Origin: Isurus oxyrinchus
Taxonomy: Eukaryota
Length of the DNA: 64,000 nt
Assembly (NCBI GenBank): GCA_026770705.1
Contig: JANJGN010000015.1
Span: 118,978,001-119,042,000, forward strand
Direction of reading: 5' to 3'
Shown piece by piece: positions 26,509-41,394 of this stretch. The first letter of the stretch is position 1. Each line of letters opens with the position of its first letter. The notes beneath the pieces are model-generated. The model had not been told where the DNA came from and searched no databases. It saw only the letters and a list, made by a program, of their open reading frames with translations. The position numbers and the translations under genes were made by a program.

Positions 26509-29500
26509 CAATTCCTCTCTGCGACTAACTAATAGGAGGTATGATTGTAATGGAAGGAACCTTCTAGGCCAGTCGCCCTTGCTATAGATTGTCAACGCCC
26601 CCAGAGCACATTCTACCATTGAGAGTGAGCCGACCAACAGCCTGTTGAAAACTGGGAGCATTCATTCCCAGAGAGTTTTGAGTTGACAAGAAGTACTAGA
26701 AAATGATTACCTTTTCCATATTCCAACCTCTGATACTGCTTCAAGGTTTGAAGTATAACAATAAAAATGAAAAGGAACATAGTTTTTAAAGCTACATTTG
26801 CAAAACATGCATGCAGAAAAGCAAATGCAATACTTTGTGTTAATTTACAAATGTAGTTCAAAACATTTCATTTAAATTCTGACACATCTGTCTTTGGGAA
26901 CTGCTTGTCTACAACACACTTAATTACTGTACACAGTGTGACTTCTGGCACAAAGTATTCAGTGTTTCAGCAGGTCAGTAAGTTGAGCCTGCATTCAAGG
27001 AATCTTGTCACTAACAGTGCTAAACTGTATCCAGTGGCTGTTGATTGTGGAGCACTCTTTAAACATCGTTACCAGACAGTGTTAGAACCTAGCAGTGCAA
27101 TCCAGCACTGTCTAGTAAGATGCCCACAGAGGACCATGATCCGACCCGAACTAGGGGAAAGCATTTTAGTTCCTGTAATTGGAAGGAAACATTGCAATTT
27201 TCAATCCAGTGCTAACTACATACCCAAACCATGACAACCAAATTTGAAATTCTGGAGGATGACCGAATAGGACCAAGATAGACAACTTACATAATATATA
27301 CATTGAGCTTCTTTGTTATCATGCTGTTTCTTTGCATTTTTATGTGTTTTTACTAAAATGTACCTCTGAACAACCTATGCTCATTTAAAATAACATATTT
27401 ACCTCCTATAATTTGCAAACAATAGCTACTTCATCATTTTAACACAGATAATTCCCATAGTGAAATTACTATTGAATTTATTAAAACAAAGCTTTCCCAA
27501 TGGGTCAATGTTATCTTGAGCTATACATACCAGGGGGGGCCTTAGATTCCATTCCTGTGTTGTGATCCTGACTTGGGCAATAGGAAAGGTATTATAACTG
27601 ATCTTAATGTCTTTGGACCATGCAGTGCAAACAATTGGTATAGTTTTGAACTCTAGATGGTACAATATAGAGATGTTAGATAGCTGAGAGTTTCCACACA
27701 GCCAAACATCCTACCTATAGTCACAGGCATAAAAAATGATCTCTTCAGCAAGTGACAGCAGTGCAAAGGGTGTTTTTAAGAGGTGGAGGAATGACAGGGG
27801 TGGAGGGAGGTGGTGGGGGAAGAAACAAGAAGAAAATATTAAATGCACAGCTCTTAACTGTTCAAAAAGACTTCAAACCTCTCTCTGATGGTTGACTTAT
27901 TTAAACTTCTGGCAGCTTCTGACCAGAATAGAAATAACTATTATAGTTAGAACTCAGGCTTTAGAACTTCAGAAGTTTTTTCAAGTGGCTGACTAGATGT
28001 GTACCAATCAACAGCATGCTGCAGCTATAATCTCTTCACCAGCCCATCTAATGTCAAATCTTTAGTATTACACCACGATGGCAAACTAGTGGGCATGATT
28101 TACAGGTTACTTATGGCCTTTAGCAGATTAGATGGATTTATTTCCTAAACACCTTGAAAGTTTTGGTGTTTTGCAACTTTTCTGTTCCCTTTATGGTACA
28201 AAAGGTAAAATATATTTCATAAAATAGAAACTGCATTACAAACCAGCAAAACAGTAGCCCTCTGTAGCATCATTTACAATTGTTACGATCCAGTTGATTA
28301 CTGTTCACAGAATCTGCATTTTAAGTTTAACATTACAGACCAACAGTAAATAGTACTCAAAATATAGCATTATTCTTGGAGCCAGTTGCACCTTTTCAAG
28401 TTTATAGCACAAAATTTCTAATCTAGACAAGTTGATTCTAATAACCATATCCGAAGATTTTACCTGCACTCCTATAAAGTAGTTAACAAAGAGTAGTCAT
28501 TGTCTGTTCAATATTTGGGCATTATATCTCTCTACAGTCTACTCTTTTTAATTCTGATTTATCTGCAAACTCAATTTTTTTTTCAAATATGTACCAAAGT
28601 CCCATCTTTCCATGTTATTTGCAGTCCTTAATTCAAAAGACTGAATAATTCAAATTTCTTAGCAAAAACAGAACTTTTGTATTGGTGTGTGTTTGTGTGT
28701 CAGAGTGACAGCGAACACAAAAGAACACAATCAAAAACAAGTCATATATAGCAACTAGATTTTGTATGGAATGCAAGAAGTGTGGTCTCTGTTCAACGAC
28801 TTTGCCTTCTTGTGTTCGAATGTGTGATCTTACATCAACCATTGTGAAATCATGATTTGTGGCGCCACTTTTAGAGGTACTCATTCTTTCCTAACCGTTC
28901 ACAAATACAACTCCTAATTTGTCTGCTCTTTCTCCTAGTTTTCTAAAATCCAATTTTGGTGGCATTCAACCACTACTCCTTGATTCCTCTCATCATCATT
29001 GGCCCTTCACCTCAGTCTTTCTGGGATATACAATAGCTTACTTTCTTAGCTCCTTTAATTATACCTGTTCAAATGCATCTTAAAGATTACACTTTAAGCA
29101 TTCCTAATAACTCCATTTTATCTCTTTTTGCTGCTATAAATTTAAAGCTAACAGTCTGAATCTAAATCATAATCACCACAAAGATCATAGGATGGTCCAC
29201 GTCAATAACAAATCAAAAATGGATTTTACAAATTCAAAATACTGGAGGATGACAGAAGATGAGAATGCTGAAAAGTGTTAAAACTACATACAACTCTTTT
29301 CCTCTTTCTACTGTAATATAACAAAGTGAATCATCCAATTGATTTAGTTCTGGTGGCACACAAAAGCTAGTTTTCTGGTGCTATGGTACTGTACCAGAAA
29401 TTGGTACCAGGATGCAGGCACAGTTATGTGATTAAGTGTTCTCTGGGGGTGAACTCACTAATGCATATGCCACCTTATATGTCAAACTATTCCCACCATT

Positions 29501-32500
29501 TTCTCCTCCTATTGATTTGGAGGTGCTTCTTGTCAACAAATCCATCACTTACAAGGCCACTAACTGCAATTCTGGCAAATAGGATACCAAGAAAATGCTG
29601 CTAAAAATGAATGCATATTATGAAGGGGATAGAAAGACATGAAACAAAGATACAGCTTTAGTGTCCCTCATTAAAAAAAAGACTATCACAAGAAGAATGA
29701 AGTGAAGAATGAGGGTTAAATGATCATTGTTCCCATCATACAAAGCCAGCTCCTAGGTTGCTCTGTAAATATCCTGTACTGCACAAGCCTGTAAGCCAGA
29801 GATTTCCATTCTTCTGTTTGCATTGAATTCTTCTCCGATGAAATCAGAAAGCCATCATCATCATTACCAGGCAGTATTAGAATACCAGTTACATCCAATG
29901 CTGCCCAGTAAGATGACAATACCTCCCCAAAAATCTTTCATTGTCGTTTTCCCAGCAGTCATTGACACAGGTAATCCGTAGTAACTCATCAGTAAGTAAA
30001 AATACATCTTGCTGATTACCTTCCATTTCTATCCAAGTCCACTGTCAAATTACATTCTATCCCATGCCACCTAACATGCATAAAATTATCTTGTTTCAAT
30101 TAAGCAAATTTAAAATTACTTCCAATTTGAAAACATTAAGTTATAATTCTGAATTTCATTATTGTCCTATTTTGAATAGCTTGAAGAGGTTTTTAAAGCT
30201 GATATTACCAATTTAAATTGATAATATACAATTCTGGTAGACAATACATTCTTTAGAAATAAACTTTACTACAATACCTCCCCCTTTCCATTGGTTATCA
30301 CAAAATAAGTAAAAATCTATTTAGCAGCCTTATTAATTAAGGCAAAATTATCTATTATAATTGATGGCCTGCAGCCTTCTGTCTACGATGTGAAAACTGT
30401 ATCTCAAACTAATTTATACGACAAGTTTTGACTTTCTAAGAAGCTGCATATGAATCATGTAGGCAGATATTTATATTATGTAAAGAAGTGACATCACTAG
30501 CTTTCTGTTCAAAATGAAAGCAACTCACGAAAGGCGAGAACAAAACCTGGAATGAAATATAATACTATCTGCTTCCACCCACTGAAAACCTACAAAGCCA
30601 TTTTTGTCACAAGCTTTTTTTTAAAAACTTGAAACGTAAAGAAAACCTGACTTCCCCTGCTATCTACATTTCTAGGGTCATGCTAAGACCATGAGCTAAT
30701 ACCACCATTTTGTATATTGCAGCTATGTGTGGAAAAGCAAAATGGCCTCCAGTGTCCTGAATACGACAATACTAATGAGTACCTTTCAAACTACAACACC
30801 ATAACCAGTCACGAATTGGAAGCATTACTGGTTCTGACTTGCACAACCTCCAGCAATAAAACATTTAACATTAAATTTGATTTTAAGGGTTTTTGTAGAA
30901 GACAACATGCAAACAATCAACTAATTCTTCAAGAATTGCAATTATTTACTTTTAATCTTTCAGTCTCAGAGAAAGATCTATTCTGTTTACAAATCCTGGC
31001 AGGCTAGCCATGCTTTTATAACATTTTTTGTATTTTTAATATTGCGGGTTTTTTTGTTTTATTTTATTGTAATAATTGCTATTTGTTGTCTTAGTGTGTC
31101 CAAACAAAATCGTATTTTATCAAAAAATTAATAATTCAAAACTGCTCTAATCCTTTGGGAGAGGCTTTTTTTTGAGTGTCACAAAGACCAATTTTATTAA
31201 TTTACAAGCCATGTATCATTACTTTGACAACATTTCTCAAATTCAGAAGAAAAATAGCAATGACAACCATGATCTGAAAGTAAATAAAATGCTTTCAATT
31301 CAGATTACAAAAATGTACAATTTTTCCTGAAAGATAACTAAAGGTTCTATCTAGTTTAACTGCAGCTTTTAATTCACTTCTATCTGTCATATGAAATAAA
31401 CATTGGAAAAATGAAATAATCTAAAAAAATACATTCTGGTCATTTACATTGTGAGTGTACATAATAACGCTCATTATTCTGACTAACCTGTAACTCTCAA
31501 GTTTTATATTAAAAATGGCATGCAAATGTATTCGCTGCTTAGACACATACTTGTCTCAACATTTTTTTTTATCTGATCACCCTAAGAGATAATGCTCATG
31601 TTAATAAAATTGTACTAGGGGAATGGCTAAAATTACCTGTTTAATTGTAATACCTAGCAATCAATACAAGCAAACAGACTTCAATATATTATCACTAGGC
31701 TAACCTGAAACATAAGGTGCACAAACAGAGACACATTACCTTGAAATGTCACAACCAGAAAAAGGTGGCTCATTATGCTCAAAAGTGAATTTGGAACTGA
31801 ATTCATCAGATTCTTTTTTTAAAAAATAAAACTAGTCTCAACAGTTGGAATACATGCCTTGTGGGCATATTTTGTAAATGTAACCTGAACTGCTGTTTTT
31901 TTTAATATATAATTAAGTTTGTGTTGAATTGTGAAAACATCCCATTTATTTTTTCTATAAGAAATATTAATTTCCATGATTAAAATAGAATATTAATTTG
32001 AAATTAAAAAGTCCTAATTACTGCCACACTGCCAATATTAAACTTTTGCAACTAACATAAGAATTACAAGAAAAGTTCAAATTTAATACAGAATAGATAA
32101 AATACACACACACATGCAATTGCTTTAAACTAAATTAAGAACTAATAAACAGGTTAAGTTTATACTGCCTGATCCCTTATTTATCCAGTCTCTACTAGCT
32201 GATCTAATATTTGTGATCACAACAGCTTACAGTTAAAGGCCAGACTTTGGCAATGTTTTGTTCAGTAAAGGGGAAAGTAAAGTACAGTAAGTAGCGAACA
32301 TGGCTGTAATCCAAAGCCTTCAAAGCAAGGTTATCTTTGCATTAAATATTACATGGATATAAATTACTGTATACTCTTCACAATTACTGTACCAATTTTC
32401 TTCAAAGATGTGCACAAAAATAAATTACCTTGGAAACAAGAGGTATTTATCCTCTGTTCCATAAAAAAGGAAATTACAGCAATTCTATTACTGCGTGATT

Positions 32501-33886
32501 TTAAACATATATATCTGTGCTTTTGGAAGGATGAACAAGAGACATTTGATTGTGAGATTCAAAAAACAAGGATGCATGACAGACTAACAAATTAAAAGAA
32601 TGAACAAGCTCAGTAACTGCTGAAAATGGAAGTGATGAGTGGGAATGCAACTTCTAGTAGCAGGTTTTCATTTGCCACTTGCTATTAAAAAGTATAAATG
32701 AAAGTAAGCAAATAGCAAAGAAAGCTTTCCCCCTAACAATCATAATTTTTTAAAAAGTTGGTATTCACAAAAACGCTATTCCAACAATTTAATTATTTTT
32801 TACAGATAAAGAAACTAATCTGATAACCTCCTCCTACACGCCCTCTATTTTGGGAAGGTCACTCAATGACACCTCCATGACCATTGCAACTCCTAACTGT
32901 AACTCGATGTTCCTCTTATTTGTTGAATGGCTAAGACTGCCTTTTCTCCACAGCCGATTCCACAGTATTTACTGTACATTTCATACAAGCAATGTCCTGG
33001 GTTTGTGTTAGACAAGAATTAGAGGGTAAAGGATACACTTGCACAATTATAACATTAATTTCTTCACCTAACAAGATCCTCATTACTTTAGCTGAAAAGA
33101 AAGTTACAAAGCAAAAAAATGTCTTTGTCTAGCTTTTAAATACATTAAAGTTTCGGTTTTGGAAGCCATGTTTAGCTTCATTTAACTCAATTATGGTAGG
33201 GAATATTTCATGCCGGAACTTTCTGTACTTGGTTGTAATCCTAGTTCTATAAAAGGGCAAAGGGTACCTCCCATGTGCATTAACCCTTGAACTACACAGA
33301 AGTGCGAGAATGATTCATCAATTTATAAAGGATAAAGAATCTTTAAAAGCAAAATGACTTAAGAGACTGAAAAACAAAAGTAGTTTCATTAGCATACTCA
33401 AAGAGAACCTCAAGCCTCGTTCAATTTTTAAACAATGAAAATTTGAACTTACTTTATCAACCATTTTGCAATGAATGTTCACAGCTTTACGAGTGACAAT
33501 TCAGAAATACAGACTACATGATAAAACACCAAGACAAGAGTTTGTTAGCTGAACCCACTGCCCTGTTACTATTTTATCTATATTTGCTATAGCTTTCCAA
33601 GTAGAAAAGGAAATGTATAAAAACTTAAAGCCAACTTGCCTGTAAAATAATCGTTTTGAAGTGAACTTATTCAAGAACATGACTCACTGCTCCCGAAATT
33701 GCTCTCTCTACAGCTAATTAATTTGCAAGTACTAAATTTTGGCATATCAAATGCAAAGGTTAGCATAAAGGAAACAAAGCCTTGTGCACAGATACCAAAG
33801 GAAATTTTTAAGCATGGGGGAAAGATGCCAGGAAAGCAGAAGCAGAGAAAGATTGCGTGGGAAGGAGAAAACACCTGTAATCTTAC

Positions 33887-33975
33887 CGTCGTGAAAGGCA
33901 TTACAAAGCGTGCAAAGAAAAAACCTCAATTTCCCCGACTCGTGAATAATGTGGCTTCTCTGGTCATTTTGAACC
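33887..33975 (-). other. Candidate 5'UTR/first-coding exon ending ATG CCT TTC ACG ACG (MPFTT)
   Basis: tttcaag|GGTTC...ACGACG|gtaaga; alternative stronger acceptor tttcctttctttccaag| at 34058; local CpG retention. Confidence 0.45.
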
Positions 33976-36900
33976 CTTGAAATATAAAACCCACCTAATG
34001 GTTGCCTGGCTACAGCCTTCATTTAGTTAATCATCAGCATTATTACCAATGTGCAGGCCTTGGAAAGAAAGGAAACAATGAATAAGACATGTAGAAAACA
34101 AGAAGTATATCCCAACTCCTCCTCTGTTTAATACTAACAATTAGACACTGGTATTACCTTTGCTTTACCCACCCCTTTCAGCCAACGCCTGGACAAGGTT
34201 CAAATAAATTCAAGAATGTTTAGGTAGTACTAAATTCTAGGTTTTAAATGATCCTACCAACATGAGCAAAGATCTCCAGCTCCACTGTGGAATGCAATTT
34301 TGATTTGAAGAGACCGACCTGTTAGTTAACTGTGACTGAACCTTAATCAATGGTTAGCGATTGTGTAATGGACAAGGCAGATGAAACACTACACCTTATC
34401 TAATGCTCAATCTCCAGAGTGTTACCTGGAGTCCATGGGGACAAAAAAGACCTGTTTTCTTTTTGTCCCAACTGAATAAGTTGCACTGCTACTTTGGGAC
34501 TGGAGACACTGAGCTGCTTATACACCACACATATTAAACAAAACAAAAGTTACAGGGACAGAATTTACATGTCTACCAATACCTAATGTGCAAACTAAAG
34601 AAGTCATTCAAATCATGCTTTATGCAAATATGAATTTACTATGTTGCATCAGAGAGGTTCATAAATCTTTGGGCATCCACAAAAATCAAACAGAATTACT
34701 GAAAATGTTTTTGTGGAAACAAAAATTTATGTGCTAGGTGATTTTTAAATAAACAATAACACCATCACCAATCAAACTTTTTCTGATGAATGCATTTAAA
34801 TTCTTCAAATGAAATTTAACCTGTAATTTAACTCTGGTGTTATTTGGTCCCATTATTAAACCTCGTAGTCCTGGAAACTAATATGATAGAATCTAATGAA
34901 AAGAATGCTGTGTTTGTTTAACTTGAAACTTTTTTTCAAAAGGAAAACAAAACAAAAGCTATAAATCTAAGGCACTATGTTACTGGTCTCTCTCTCTCTC
35001 TATTACATATATTGCTAAGACATGCAAAGAAAAACCCCACACAAAATGGCTTCTTCTGCCTTATCTCCAAAACATCGATGTTATCCATTACTTTCGTCAC
35101 TATCTTTCTCCACTTCAGATTTCTCATTTTTTTAAAACTCCAGTTTAGATAAATAACAATATAGTTGTTTTATCCTCAGCAGGTGCAAATGGGCAGTACC
35201 CCCTAATTTTTTGGGGAGAATGGATGGTAACCAAATTGTAGCTTCCTAAAACATAGATAAGCTGTTTTTTAAGCTAATTATACATTTAGTGCATAGAAGG
35301 GGCAACACTGGACTAGATCTGCACTTATTCATTTAACTTGAGAACAAAAGGACCCATTCTTTAGACCATGCTATTTTATTGATTTACAACATAGCAAGCA
35401 TTGATATAAATGCATCACGATTATGTCTCTACAACTGATTGATTTATTTTAAATTACGTACCTAAATAAAACACTTCTTACTACTGAATTTCAGCAGCAT
35501 TATAGCTTGCTCAGGATTTTAGAAAACTTTTCAAAAGTTGTGACTTTTGAAGCATTTCAGTCTAAAGCCATTTATAGTTTAAACAACTGGTAATTCAGTT
35601 TTCAGCACCAAATACCTACTTTGCTAGTATTTATGTTACTTAGTTCAAATAACTGGGTAATTCATTTTTTAATTGTTTAAAAAAAAACACTCCGAACTAT
35701 CAGTAGATTGTATGTGGAACTAAATTTTACAAATAGCTGACATGAAAATAAAAATGTAAATAGCTTAACTTTAACAAAGTGCAATTTTGTGTTATTATGG
35801 GAATTAGCAAATCAAATGAAAATAATAAATTGCAGTCAAATATAGCTGAAGCAACAGCTAAAACTAATAATCTATCAACATTACGTAAAAATGTTTAGAC
35901 ACATTAAAATAAAATATCAACTCATTCTACAAATGTTTTTTAAACTATTTCAGTCGAAGGTCAAGATATTATAATTTCTACAAGCATCTCTACTCGTCTG
36001 GAACACTATTAAAGTCTTCACTGAGGTAAAGTGGAGGTAAATGCTTCTTACTCATCCAGTAATAAGTTGAAGGATTCAGAATTTTTAAAAACTCACATAT
36101 CTAAAATTGTGACAATACGTTCTATTTACAAGGCCTTTTGCCCCGTTGAGTAAACTCATCTTAGTTGAGCAGTTTGGGATAGCTAGATAAAGAAACCAAG
36201 AGAACATTTGCATCGGGAAAACTAAAATGCTCTTCGCAACCATGAAGTTGAACAAAGAAATTGCACCTTTGAGCTCGATATTGTGTCTAGTCTAAGGTAC
36301 TAGCTTACCAAGGTAAACAGAAAGGTAGTATTCTTTTGTCTGAAGACCTTAGAACTCTATCTCATACTAAACAAGTAACAACAAGCCAAGCTTTGAGTAG
36401 GGCCTCAATCAAGACAATCCAGAAAATTCATCCAACAGGACAAAAACAGAATAGATTTGAAAGTGTGTTTTTAAACTTGTTGGTAAATAGCTAAACATTA
36501 AATACTTCTCAAAAAAAACTATGGTACTCCTAAAGTTATGTTTGAAAATTAGCCAAAAGTTTCAATGTAATAAAAGACCTACTAAAACAATCTTTGAGTT
36601 CTTTAAGCCACATGTTCAGTACTGTAGCTTTCCTTTTCTTATATATGTCTGCCCACATAAAAACAATATGAATGGATAAAAAGCTGTCCGAACCTCCTTG
36701 GGAGAGCATTTTAAGTATATGCAACTTCTAAGAAACAGTAATTCCTGAAGCTGCTGACTTCAAAGGCTAAATGAGGCTTTACTTTCAGATCTCCATCCTT
36801 GGGTTTCTCCACGCTGTCTTTACCTGCCCCGACTGGTTAAACTGGTTGAAAGAGACACGTTTCAATTCTTGTGTCAGCCTTTTCCATCTAACAGATACTG

Positions 36901-37279
36901 ACAAGAGACTGACACTACTTACATTATTTCCCTACAGTTACAAAATAATGCTCAACGCTACCGAACAACTCACCAAACTAAGAATAAGAGATTTTTATTC
37001 TACCAGTATTATTTCCGCTTCACAACTGACCTCCTAGTTTAACCAATATACCTACATGTCAAGGTCAGCAAGACGATGAAACAAACAGAATGCTTTAATT
37101 CTGTGCCTGCAAGCACTTTAACCTTTCACTCCACAAATGCTTCAAAAACTGAAAACTTTCACAAGTCATGGCTTTCACGTTGCAGCAAAGATGATTTTCT
37201 TTGTTGTCTGATGACTCCACTTGTTGATTGGGAAGAACTTCGCAGATGAATTCTCTGCAACTTAATAGCTAACAAAAAG

Positions 37280-37600
37280 AAACCATGACGTCTCTACTTC
37301 AAAACTATTCAAAAATAAATTTAACAAAAGCAACTCTCTGTTCTCCAACTTCACATACAGAAACTCGGAGGCAATCGAAGTGATGTTGCTCGAACGAGGT
37401 GAAGAAGCAAAGAGACAGGGGACGTCGAGAGAGTTTCTACTTACATGCAGCTCCCACCCCTCCCCTGCGCAGGTGCATTCTTTACTGCAGACCAATCTGC
37501 TTTGCCTTTGGCCGTTGACAGGTGTGTCTCTCAGCACAATGATAGGTCAAAAAGAATCTCATTTGCGTGATGCTCGCACGATTTCATGAGAATGGCTCTC
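37280..37600 (-). promoter_or_regulatory. Putative promoter/TSS region (small non-repeat CpG cluster)
   Basis: Numerous CpGs in an otherwise CpG-depleted AT-rich region; TGACGTC (CRE-like, ~37286), CCCACCCC GC/CACCC box (~37454), TTGCGTG (XRE-like, ~37563); downstream minus-strand donors TTG|GTGAGT (36974) and CAG|GTAAAG (36824). Confidence 0.5.
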
Positions 37601-40388
37601 AATTTTAGAAATTCCAGACTCTTTGCCTACATTACCAGAAAAACATGAAAATAGGCAGGGGAAATTTAGAGTAGTTTGTACAATGGATATTAAAATTTAA
37701 TACAATATTTTTAATTCTTTAAAAAATTGTACAGATAAAGGTTCTCACTCAAATACTAAAAAATCCAAAAGGTTTGATAAACAGAAAAAGAAAGGAGTTT
37801 TTAAAAATAAACTTTTAGTTCAAGATAGCACAAGTTAAGGACGTTTATAATTGTAGCTGTCAGGATAACTCCAGAATGTCTTAGGTGATACCAATAGCAT
37901 GTATGATACATCAAATTCCAAATGCTAAAAAATAATTTTTAGATTGGTTAAACAGAGTTTTTTTTGATTCATACGATGGTGTATTTAACACTGCATATTT
38001 AAAAAATAATTAACAAGCATGTAAATGACACACACGAGCACAATGCAAACACATTGGTCACTGAAGAATTTATAAATTATTGAATTTTCAGTTCCTTATA
38101 TTCTACATACTATAAATCAATAGTTTTCTCTCTTCCCTTTTTCTAAAAGTCTATTATTTAAGATTGTGAAGAAGTTCGTAAATTCTCTACAAACACCATA
38201 ATTTTGCGCTTTCTATAATCTTTTATAATGATGAGTTCAGACAACTCAAATGAAACAGAAACACTAGGAAATTTGATCTTTTATTTAAGTGAGTTAACTT
38301 ACATTATTACATCACAAATACTATGCCTAGAACTGCATTTGTTTGCAGATTAGGGCTTGGCCACTTTGCATTCCCTGCTGCAAAATGGCTGCTACAGTGT
38401 CTTCAAACTTTAATTTACCTGAAACTGTACTTAACCCATATTAACATTGCTTTTTGCTGCATAAACCATGCTGGAGCTTCTATATGAAAGTCAAGTTGAT
38501 CTAATAGAACACTATAACTAAACAGGCACATAAATTAGCACACAGGTAAAACAAAGGTGCGTTCCCTTGAAATAAACGGGTTCTAATCTCACTAGCAAAA
38601 GGTTCAGCCGCCGAATACAAAAGATGCTGAGAGGCTAAGTGCACAGCAGTTAGCGAAGTTCAATGTATGGCGCACCAAAGCAATTTCTGAAGTATACCTT
38701 TATCAACCATTTTATTACTGCACAGTTAACTGCCAGTGCTTTATATTTTAAAATAAATATTTATTTGGGCAATTATTGCAGATGAAAGGCCCTACAATGA
38801 TTATAGTTTATGAATAATTTATTTTCACATTAGCAGAGATGCAACTTTTATGGTAATTAATGCACAAAATGAGTTGTTTTCGGCACGTGGTATGTTTCTA
38901 GTTAGCAGCAAAAGTGTGGATCAACAGAATATTAACTTGCTACCCATACGCTAATGATGCAAAGAAAAAAAGGCTCATGTGCCACACGTATTTTCCATAA
39001 TTGACAGCAGGTGCTTAACTAGACTTGTTTTGTTCCATGCTGCATGATTATGAAAAAGATTAAGGAGATCACAAAGAATAATTGGAGTTTGACAATGTTT
39101 TCCCGTCTCTTTTGATCATGTCCTTGCCGGTATACAGTTAAGCTGCCAATCATCTTCTGCAACAGAGTGGCCATTATGCATGTATGATCCTTGGCACCAT
39201 GTTGGCAGGCTGTTCAATTATTGGAGATGGACATCACAACCAAACTGAATCTGTCCTTGCCCAACATCCACTGATACACATTTCCAGAAGGGGGCACTGG
39301 GAGCAAACATGAGCAGAAGCCCTGACTTTTTTCTCCCACCTTATTCAGGTGCAACAACGCCCATTTTTGGAATTCCCCAATCTACAACCATGCCACCTGC
39401 CCGAGCTGAGTTCAACTAACTCAGCAGAAATTGGACATGCTCTTGGTCTGTATGGTCTTGCAAAATTCCGTAGAAATTTTCTCAGATTGGTTGGTTTGGG
39501 AAGCACTTTCACAGGCAAAATTGAAAAGAAGTTAAAGAAAGTTCTGATGAAAGGCCATTGACCTTTAGTGTTAACTTTGTTTCTCTCTCCACAGTTGCTA
39601 ACTTCAATGACGCATACTAAAAATTTGAAGTGGAGAGCTAAGATAGTACATGCTAGGGAGCAGTGGTATGTTATTGTTACAGAAAGCATAACTACATTTT
39701 ATACATGTTGCAGATAATATAAGATCTAAACTAAGGTCACATGCACATGTCTAAAGCTTCAACTGCATTGATGTCATTAAAAAGATACTAACGTACTTTA
39801 AATAAAGAACCAGTTATGCATTGTAATATGATGTAGATTGAAGCAACAGGCTGGCATAGAGCCTGCCACATTTGAGGTCTTTGTTCCTTATGCATTGCTC
39901 TGTTCTACATTTGCCTGCAAGAGAGAAAAATGGTTTGCCTCACAATTGCACTGATATAAGGAACATCAACCTGAAAAATGAAAACACTTAGTGGTAAAGA
40001 GATCAAAATGGGTAATCACATTTGGCCACCTTTGCTAACTTGATGACTTATATTAATATGTGATCAGTGCAGTAATTTGAAGAGTTAGCAGGAAAAAAAC
40101 ATGCCGTTAGAATCTATTTAATCTATTTTTTACTTTTACCTGAGGGAGGGAGGAGATTGGCATAAGATATTATAAAAAAAACTTAAGCTGGAAAAATATA
40201 AAACTGTATTTACAGTGTGGGTCCAATTTCTCTTGTTAAGAAATGCAATTGATTACCATGCTGCAGACTCTAGAATATCTGCCCGTTATCTTTAGATGGT
40301 TAGATCTCAGCAGCACAATGGGCTGCCAAAAAGTAGGCAATGCAAGTTCAATTCCAAAGTCTGCCCTTAGACAACATCCATTATACCA

Positions 40389-40659
40389 AAACAAAAATAC
40401 CCGGAAAAACTCAGCAGGTCTGGCAGGATCTTCAGAGAGGAACACAGTTAACATTCCGAGTCTGTATGACTCTTCAACAGAACTAAGTAAAAATAGAAGA
40501 GAGGTGAAATATAAACTGGTTTAAGGGAGGGTGGGACAAGTAGAGCTGGATAGAGGCCAAGTCATAGGTGGAGATAGCCAAAAGATGCCATAGACAAAAG
40601 GACAAAGAGATGTTGAAGGTGGTGATATTATCTAAGGAATGTGCTAATTAAGGGTAGAA
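40389..40659 (-). mobile_element. Short Penelope-derived insertion
   Basis: PLE terminal repeat; TSD ATCCATTA(T/C)ACCA at 40376-40388 and 40660-40672; hammerhead motif at 40447-40483 (minus). Confidence 0.88.
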
Positions 40660-41394
40660 ATCCATTACACCACATTTGCATGACACCTGGTGGAAGGCCA
40701 AGACCAAACAGTGGCAGTGGTCATAAAGAGGTAATTTTTCATATCCTCCATGGCCAGAGGCTAGGGAAAGAGTGTGTAGAATAGTTTCGCTACAAAATGC
40801 TTAATCTCTGGATCATAGGTTTGGGAATAATGAGATATTGTCTAGCCATCTCCCTTTTTTAAAAAATAAACTTGCAACTGCATACCATTTCTGTTTTTAT
40901 TCAAATTATTTAGAACAGATTCAGTGATGCCAAAAGCTTGAAGAGAATTTTGTTCTTGCCCACTGAGGATCTTCTGTCTTCCACACTGAACTAGAATCCA
41001 GCAGAGCATCTGTGGAAAAGGGCACATTAAGCAAGGCTCAGCAAGGTTTGTAAGCTGCGGCTTTGGTGATATCAATTTGCAACACCTTAACAAAAATAGT
41101 AAAGAATAGTAGTAAGGCATATAACTACATCTTAAGATAACTAGATTGTTACTTGCCCAATTTTCATCTGTGACTTTTTCGCTGCCATATGTGCATTGCA
41201 AATAACACACATGAAAAAGGTCACAATACAAGAGGAAAATGAACTTGTGATATGTTGTAAGCAATGCAATTTAAATGTTTAAACTGCTAAACAGAAACGT
41301 GCAGCCTTTGTGTAAGCCTGCCGCTTGTGAAGGTGACTTTCCTTAGATATGATTCCAGTCACTATCGCTTTATTTCTGAATCTACTAGGTGAGC

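Noticed and set aside
26540-26680. H/ACA snoRNA on the minus strand (ATAGCA ... ACA)
   Set aside because: Only ~30 nt between the H-like and ACA boxes; no convincing two-hairpin structure
34438-34469. Small hairpin GGGACAAAAAAGA / TCTTTTTGTCCC
   Set aside because: Short and low-complexity; compatible with chance or a local inversion
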